Assembly (NCBI GenBank): GCA_003518055.1
Contig: DOZJ01000004.1
Location: forward strand, 6,073-70,072
Length of the DNA: 64,000 nt
Origin: Candidatus Falkowbacteria bacterium
GTDB taxonomy: Bacteria > Patescibacteriota > Patescibacteriia > UBA11705
Direction: 5' to 3'
The position numbers and the translations under genes are program-made. Of this stretch, positions 58,619 through 64,000 are shown in pieces. Position 1 is the stretch's first letter. Each line of letters starts with the position of its first letter. The notes below the pieces were generated by a model. It had not been told where the DNA came from, did not search any database, and saw only the letters and a list, made by a program, of their open reading frames with translations.

Positions 58619-58936
58619 TTATTCCGTTGAAAGTCTCCGTTTTTGATTCAAAAGCTTCAATTTATAATCATAATATACCCTAAAAGCTTCTTTTTCCTTA
58701 TCCCCATAACGAAACCATAACATTGCGAACAACACAGCCAAAAAAACTAATTCAATTGTTACGATAGCCCCCCAAAGACTCAAACCAATCGAATTAAACA
58801 ATAGGATGATAAACATTAGACTGCAAACCAAGGTCGCATAACCAAAGACGTGTTGAACAAAGTTATAAGTATCGTACTTTTTCCACAAGCTCTTCATTTC
58901 TTGATCAGTATAAACTGGAACCGTCTGACAATTCAT
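58619..58936 (-). CDS. Small 2-TM hypothetical protein
   Basis: G-rich SD, upstream TTGACA, two hydrophobic segments. Confidence 0.65.
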   Translation of the reverse strand: MNCQTVPVYTDQEMKSLWKKYDTYNFVQHVFGYATLVCSLMFIILLFNSIGLSLWGAIVTIELVFLAVLFAMLWFRYGDKEKEAFRVYYDYKLKLLNQKRRLSTE

Positions 58937-59297
58937 CGCCCCCCCTTTGTAGATATGAATAACTCATTCTAGCACCGAAGCTTGAACTTGTCAATCATTA
59001 AAAAATTAAATCAGAAACTCGCCCTCAACCGCCGCCGTTTTTTTTTACTTCTCTTATTCTCCCAATTTTCCGCCTTCTAACGCCTTTTTCCGCCCCCTTA
59101 CCCCGTCTCTCTAATCTCTTAATTCTCTCAATCTGCCTTACCAATTAATTTCTGCGCCAGAGGCGCATCCCTGCCTACCGGCAGGCAGGCGTCTTTGGCG
59201 GATATTTATTTCCAGTAATTTCGATGAATTTATTAATCATTTCAATCCCGCTTCTCGCGAGAGGCGGGATCAATCTCTCAATTCTCTCAATCTCTTA

Positions 59298-60194
59298 TTA
59301 TCTCAACCCAAACCTCTCAATATTCTCATCCGCCTGCTTCTGCATTCGTTTGATAATTTTTTTACCCTCTTCATTATTACCCAAATGACGGAATCGTCCT
59401 TGCAGCTCCAAAAATCTCTCGACCCGTGGCGTCTCATTTGGGACTTTCATCACTGACGATAACCTTCCATTTACGTATTCAAACACCGGATACAAACCGG
59501 TTTCCTGCGCCAGCTTTGCCACTTTTATTGCGTTGCACGCCTCCACATTCCATCCGGGCGCGCACGTTGAATAAACCTGAATATATCTCGGCCCTTTGAT
59601 CGCCGCCGCTTTTTTTACTTTTTCCCGAAAATCACTCAAATCACCGACCGTCGCAGTTGCCACATATGGCAACCCATGAGCCAGAGCAATCGCCGGCAGA
59701 TCTTTTTTATGAAGCAGGTTGCCGGTGGAAAAACTCGTCGCCGGCGTCGTCATGGTATACGATCCAATCGGCGTCGAACCGCTCGACTGCGCGCCAGTAT
59801 TCATATACGCCTCATTGTCATAACAAATATACAAAATATTATCGCCTCGGGTCCACGCCCCGGAATTCAACGCCAATCCGATATCAAAGAAAAAACCATC
59901 TCCGCCGTGAACAACCACATTGACATCGTCTTGTTTTTTCCGTTTTAACATCGCCAAAACACCTGTCGCCACCGGCGCCGGATTTTCAAACAATGAATGA
60001 ATATACGGCACACGAAAAACTGACGCCGGATATTTTGTCGTCGTCACCTCGGAACAGCCGGTCGCGCCGCACACGATTGTTTTGTCGCCGAGCGTATTCA
60101 CCGCCATGGTCAAAGCGACAATCATGCCGCAGCCCACACACGCAGTATGACCGGGCGCGATGAGACTATATGATTTTTCTTTTTTTATCTTCAT
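59298..60194 (-). CDS. porB: Pyruvate/2-oxoacid:ferredoxin oxidoreductase beta subunit
   Basis: GHTACVGCG, TGCSEV, GGDG, DNEAYMNTG. Confidence 0.95.
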   Translation of the reverse strand: MKIKKEKSYSLIAPGHTACVGCGMIVALTMAVNTLGDKTIVCGATGCSEVTTTKYPASVFRVPYIHSLFENPAPVATGVLAMLKRKKQDDVNVVVHGGDGFFFDIGLALNSGAWTRGDNILYICYDNEAYMNTGAQSSGSTPIGSYTMTTPATSFSTGNLLHKKDLPAIALAHGLPYVATATVGDLSDFREKVKKAAAIKGPRYIQVYSTCAPGWNVEACNAIKVAKLAQETGLYPVFEYVNGRLSSVMKVPNETPRVERFLELQGRFRHLGNNEEGKKIIKRMQKQADENIERFGLR

Positions 60195-60196
60195 AC

Positions 60197-62107
60197 CTAT
60201 TTACACAGTCTGAGTGAACCAATAAGCGCTAGCTCCTCACACTTTTTTCCGGTTGGACAATCATTATCACCCCGGCAACCACAAACGCGTTTCCCCATAA
60301 ACTCAGGAAAATACTGACTTCTGGAAGGATTATTACAAAGGTTTGTTAAACACTGGTCAGCATCATCACACTCTGCTCCATATGACCGCCTCTCAAGACA
60401 ACGGCCGCCCACAGTTTCATCAATCTTACAATATTGTTCATCATCACAATCTTCGTCATCATCACAACCGCAGGTTCCTTTTTGACAAGAATCGGACAAA
60501 CATTCCCAATCGTCATCACACGCCTGTGTTATAGTCTTCCCCGGAACACAGGTATTTTGCATCCCCGAATTTTCTTTACACAGCATCCCTTCAGGACAAC
60601 TCCCATCATTCGGACTGCATTCACAAATCCCCGTGGCATCATAGCAATCACCGCTGATACACCCATCATCCCCTCGATCGCCACAAGCAGTGCCGGACGG
60701 AACCTTGTCTGTAGTAGAACAAACCCCCCAATTTCCGGTATCCACACATATTTTCCCAAACGGACAATCCGCCGTGCTATTGCATGAACATCTATAGGTA
60801 ATTATTTCTTGATCACTGACTTGTTCTGAAGCAACACAACTGCCTTTTATACATTCAGAATCATTTCCAGTACAAACATTCCCGATCGGAATACTGCCTT
60901 TTGTAACATAACATTCATCATCCTCATAAGAATGTCCATCTTTATCTACCATATCCGCTATCGGTTTATCACCGCAAAACAATTTTCGTGTATCCACATC
61001 AATACTAATCGCTGTTTTATCAGTCCCCACCAATTCATTCCTATTGATCAAATCGCAACCTTCGGTTATCACCAACCGCCCATCTCCACCACAGCTGTAT
61101 TTACAGCAAATAGAACCATCAATTCCAATCGGATTGCCATATCTATCTATTGAATATGAATGATCCCAACTTGGACCAAAAGCCGGAGTATTGGATTCAA
61201 TTGATAAATAATAAGTTTGAGCATTAAATTCATCGCTTCCGACCCAATTTGGCAAAACATCATTCTGACCAATGGAATAATTTGTTTTCTCAGAATAAAA
61301 ACGCGCCAACCCCATTTGAGTATCCTCTGCACCAATTCTATTAGCTTTCAATCTGACATAATCCACGTATGCTTCGGGATATTCAATTATATCTCCATAA
61401 ACATAAGCGAAAACACATTGATATGTCCCATCAAACTGATCACAGGCATCAGTTGGATTATCACATTTACTAGATATACATGTTTTTTGAGTCAAATTCA
61501 TCTGCACGCCACGCTCAACAGCTTTATTGTATTCAATTTCATATGTTTTTCCATCTCCGCATTTGGCCGTCGCCGGGTCATATCCCTTGATCGTAAACAT
61601 GGTCTGATCCAATCTTTCACAAAACTTCGAATCACCGGTCACAATTTCAATTCGTTTCACCTGTTCCACCTCAATCGACGGCAGCTTGGTTAAATCCGGA
61701 TTAATTTGATACAAAATTAAATATGACCCGAATAAAATCACCATGCCGAACAACGATGATAATATATACCCCTTGGCCTTGGAGACACTGCCCGGGTTCA
61801 CCCCGGCTGTGAGATACATCAACCCGCCGACGATTATCATCAACACCGAGAACATCGCCCCGATCCGTAAACCATAAAAATAAATCGCTCCGATATATTG
61901 CGCGATCCACGGAATTTTCGTGCAATCATTATCCGGATTGTTCGAACACGGCCCGACAATCGGCTCATCCAATTTGGTTAAATCGCCGATCGGTACATTC
62001 AGCGTCACATCACGGATATCCGCCGCGAGTGCCATCGCCACATCGAGCACGGTAAATAAAACAAACACCGTGATAAATAAAATTAGCAATTTATTTTTGT
62101 TTTTCAT
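60197..62107 (-). CDS. Large Cys-rich surface protein with N-terminal CPR pilin domain
   Basis: Signal peptide; IIVGGLMYLTAG...AKGYI...INPDL; numerous CxxDxDC repeats. Confidence 0.8.
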   Translation of the reverse strand: MKNKNKLLILFITVFVLFTVLDVAMALAADIRDVTLNVPIGDLTKLDEPIVGPCSNNPDNDCTKIPWIAQYIGAIYFYGLRIGAMFSVLMIIVGGLMYLTAGVNPGSVSKAKGYILSSLFGMVILFGSYLILYQINPDLTKLPSIEVEQVKRIEIVTGDSKFCERLDQTMFTIKGYDPATAKCGDGKTYEIEYNKAVERGVQMNLTQKTCISSKCDNPTDACDQFDGTYQCVFAYVYGDIIEYPEAYVDYVRLKANRIGAEDTQMGLARFYSEKTNYSIGQNDVLPNWVGSDEFNAQTYYLSIESNTPAFGPSWDHSYSIDRYGNPIGIDGSICCKYSCGGDGRLVITEGCDLINRNELVGTDKTAISIDVDTRKLFCGDKPIADMVDKDGHSYEDDECYVTKGSIPIGNVCTGNDSECIKGSCVASEQVSDQEIITYRCSCNSTADCPFGKICVDTGNWGVCSTTDKVPSGTACGDRGDDGCISGDCYDATGICECSPNDGSCPEGMLCKENSGMQNTCVPGKTITQACDDDWECLSDSCQKGTCGCDDDEDCDDEQYCKIDETVGGRCLERRSYGAECDDADQCLTNLCNNPSRSQYFPEFMGKRVCGCRGDNDCPTGKKCEELALIGSLRLCK

Positions 62108-62225
62108 ACTTGATTATCAAAAAATATAATTTGTCACATAAACTCTGTATAAGACTGCCGATCTTGTCACACTAAACCTTTTAATAAACTTAATTTTAAA
62201 CTCAAAATAATCAACTGGCGACATT

Positions 62226-63425
62226 TTACTTCAACATTTTTTCAAAAATTACTCGTATTTCTTCTTTCGTAATATCTCTGCCCCCGAGTCCCATTGAATA
62301 TGATTTGATTTCCGCTGAACTTTTGCCGTAAAGCGCTGCTTTGACTTCCAAATCCAACCCGCCGGTACTGCCAAACGCGATATCTTTTTCTATAATCGCG
62401 ATTTTTTCGCAACCATTCAATACTTCACCTATTTCCTTTTTGGGAAACGGCCGGAACATCACCACATTCACCACCCCCACCCCCCTGTCACCCTGCTTGT
62501 CCCCCTGGTTTATCCTCTCTCGCTTGTCACCATGCTTGTCCGCCGAAACGCTAGTGAAGGCGGAAGGCTCTCGAAGGGTCGAGTTCAATTCATCCACCGT
62601 GTCTTTTATCGTTCCGACCACTGACCCGAAAGAAATTATCACCGCCTCCGGCTTTTTGGCGCCGTAATATTCAACCGATTTATACTCACGGCCGAAAACC
62701 TGTTTAAATTTTTTATTTTCTTTTATAAACAATCCTTCAGCCGCCAGCAAATCCTGCTGCAGCTCTTGTCTGAATTCCTGATAATGCTCCGGCGTCACGA
62801 ACGCGCCCAAAGTCACCGGATGATTAACGTCCAAAATCGTATTCTTCGCCGCTTTATATCTCGGCAGAAATTGTCTTATCTGATTTTTACTCGGGACATC
62901 AACCGGCTCAACCGTATGCGTCAAAATAAAGCCATCCATATTCACCACCGCCGGCACTCTTAATTCTTCCGCCATTCTATAAGCTATGATATGCAAATCC
63001 ACCGCCGCCTGATTATCCTCGGCAAAAAGCATCATCCACCCAGCGTCGCGCATGGCCATCGCGTCCTGCTGGTCATTCCAGATATTGATCGGCGCCGACA
63101 CCGCCCGATTGGCGAGCGTCATCACCACTGGCAGCCTGAGCCCGGCCGTCGCGTAGACCACCTCCATCATCAGGAGTAATCCCTGCGCGCTTGTGGCCGT
63201 ATACGTCCGCCCGCCGGCCGCCGCCGCCCCCTGCACAATTGACGCGGCCGCGAACTCACTGTCAGCTTGAATAAATTCAAAATCCGCCCGATGGGAATTT
63301 TTCAGCCACGCGAGATATTCCACTATATGTGTTTGCGGGGTGATCGGATACGAGGCGACGACATCCGGCTGGCAATTCGCCACCGCGCTCGCTACCGCTT
63401 CCGAACCCTCAATGCATTTTTTCAT
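62226..63425 (-). CDS. porA: Pyruvate/2-oxoacid:ferredoxin oxidoreductase alpha subunit
   Basis: YPITPQT, SEFAA, TATSAQGL, NRA, DGFILTH, FRPFP, GLGGRD. Confidence 0.95.
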   Translation of the reverse strand: MKKCIEGSEAVASAVANCQPDVVASYPITPQTHIVEYLAWLKNSHRADFEFIQADSEFAAASIVQGAAAAGGRTYTATSAQGLLLMMEVVYATAGLRLPVVMTLANRAVSAPINIWNDQQDAMAMRDAGWMMLFAEDNQAAVDLHIIAYRMAEELRVPAVVNMDGFILTHTVEPVDVPSKNQIRQFLPRYKAAKNTILDVNHPVTLGAFVTPEHYQEFRQELQQDLLAAEGLFIKENKKFKQVFGREYKSVEYYGAKKPEAVIISFGSVVGTIKDTVDELNSTLREPSAFTSVSADKHGDKRERINQGDKQGDRGVGVVNVVMFRPFPKKEIGEVLNGCEKIAIIEKDIAFGSTGGLDLEVKAALYGKSSAEIKSYSMGLGGRDITKEEIRVIFEKMLK

Positions 63426-63438
63426 AATTTTTATACTT

Positions 63439-63507
63439 TGTCACCCTGAGCCTGCCTACCCTGAGACTCTCGAAGGGTTACACTCGTTCGACAACTTCAA
63501 CATGACA
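63439..63507. repeat. Nested REP-like palindrome
   Basis: TGTCACCCTGAG...TCGAAGGG...TTCGACAAC...ATGACA. Confidence 0.65.
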
Positions 63508-63515
63508 CAAAAAAT

Positions 63516-64000
63516 TTAATTTAATTCCCTTTTTAGCTCTCTAATAAGTTTAATATTTTTTTCCAGAATCTCCGGCCGATCGTGAAAAACTTCCTTCACC
63601 GCTTTGATCACATTCTCCAATTTGATTAACCCTGTTTGCTGGGCAAACCAATAAACCATGGCTGTATTGACAATATCCCGACCCAAAAACTTCTTGACTA
63701 CTGATGCCATATCATAAACCACGACCGTAATCATTTTATTTTTGGGTTTATAATCAACGGCATTGGCAAAAACCAACCCTTTTTTCTTCAACCCATCAAA
63801 CACATCAACCTGATCAAACAACCGCTGATCGAACACCAACAAATAATCCGGCTCATAGATATGCGCTCTGAGTCTAATCGGCTTATTATCAATTCTAACA
63901 TATGACTCCACCGGCGCCCCGCGTCTTTCAACCCCAAAAAAAGGAAACGCCTGCACTTGGTGACCTTCATAAAACGCGGCCTTTGCCAGCATCTCTGCCG
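63516..64000 (-). CDS. porC: 2-oxoacid:ferredoxin oxidoreductase gamma subunit, 5'-truncated by window edge
   Basis: QAFPFFGVERRGAPV, IYEPD, NTAM. Confidence 0.93.
   Translation of the reverse strand, partial: AEMLAKAAFYEGHQVQAFPFFGVERRGAPVESYVRIDNKPIRLRAHIYEPDYLLVFDQRLFDQVDVFDGLKKKGLVFANAVDYKPKNKMITVVVYDMASVVKKFLGRDIVNTAMVYWFAQQTGLIKLENVIKAVKEVFHDRPEILEKNIKLIRELKRELN

Noticed and set aside
1-64000. Alternative genetic code (UGA=Gly), prophage or integrase
   Set aside because: Genes end cleanly at TGA and are full length under code 11; no phage structural or integrase genes were recognised.

Overview
Bacterial chromosomal DNA (genetic code 11) that looks like a Patescibacteria/CPR (Parcubacteria-like) genome. 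This is inferred from VirB2/TrbC-like 'CPR pilin' proteins, a short Rel, a short AspRS, and housekeeping genes that lack Shine-Dalgarno (SD) motifs. The backbone carries rel, parAB, scpA/scpB, dacA, a guaB-family gene, aspS, asnS, cfa, rluD, cca, gmk, rplS, trpS, uvrA, porC/A/B and four tRNAs (Leu-CAA, fMet, Met, Trp). Several accessory modules interrupt it. (i) An orphan hisG-like + divergent purC-like + RdgB/HAM1 operon lies between two tRNAs. (ii) An ~8.5 kb island splits scpA from scpB and encodes an ABC system, two binding-protein-OmpA fusions and a vWA lipoprotein. (iii) An AT-rich neuC / aminotransferase / FMN oxidase / nucleotidyltransferase / Gfo-Idh-MocA cluster sits between asnS and aspS. 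(iv) A Trp-centred locus has a T-box riboswitch with an atypical short stem I, an EamA remnant and orphan trpD, divergent from trpS, a PLP decarboxylase and tRNA-Trp. The window is also dotted with nested palindromic (REP-like) elements, two of them inside coding sequences, and carries a RAYT-type HUH transposase. No CRISPR array, rRNA or prophage was seen. All calls come from motif recognition by eye; no searches were run.
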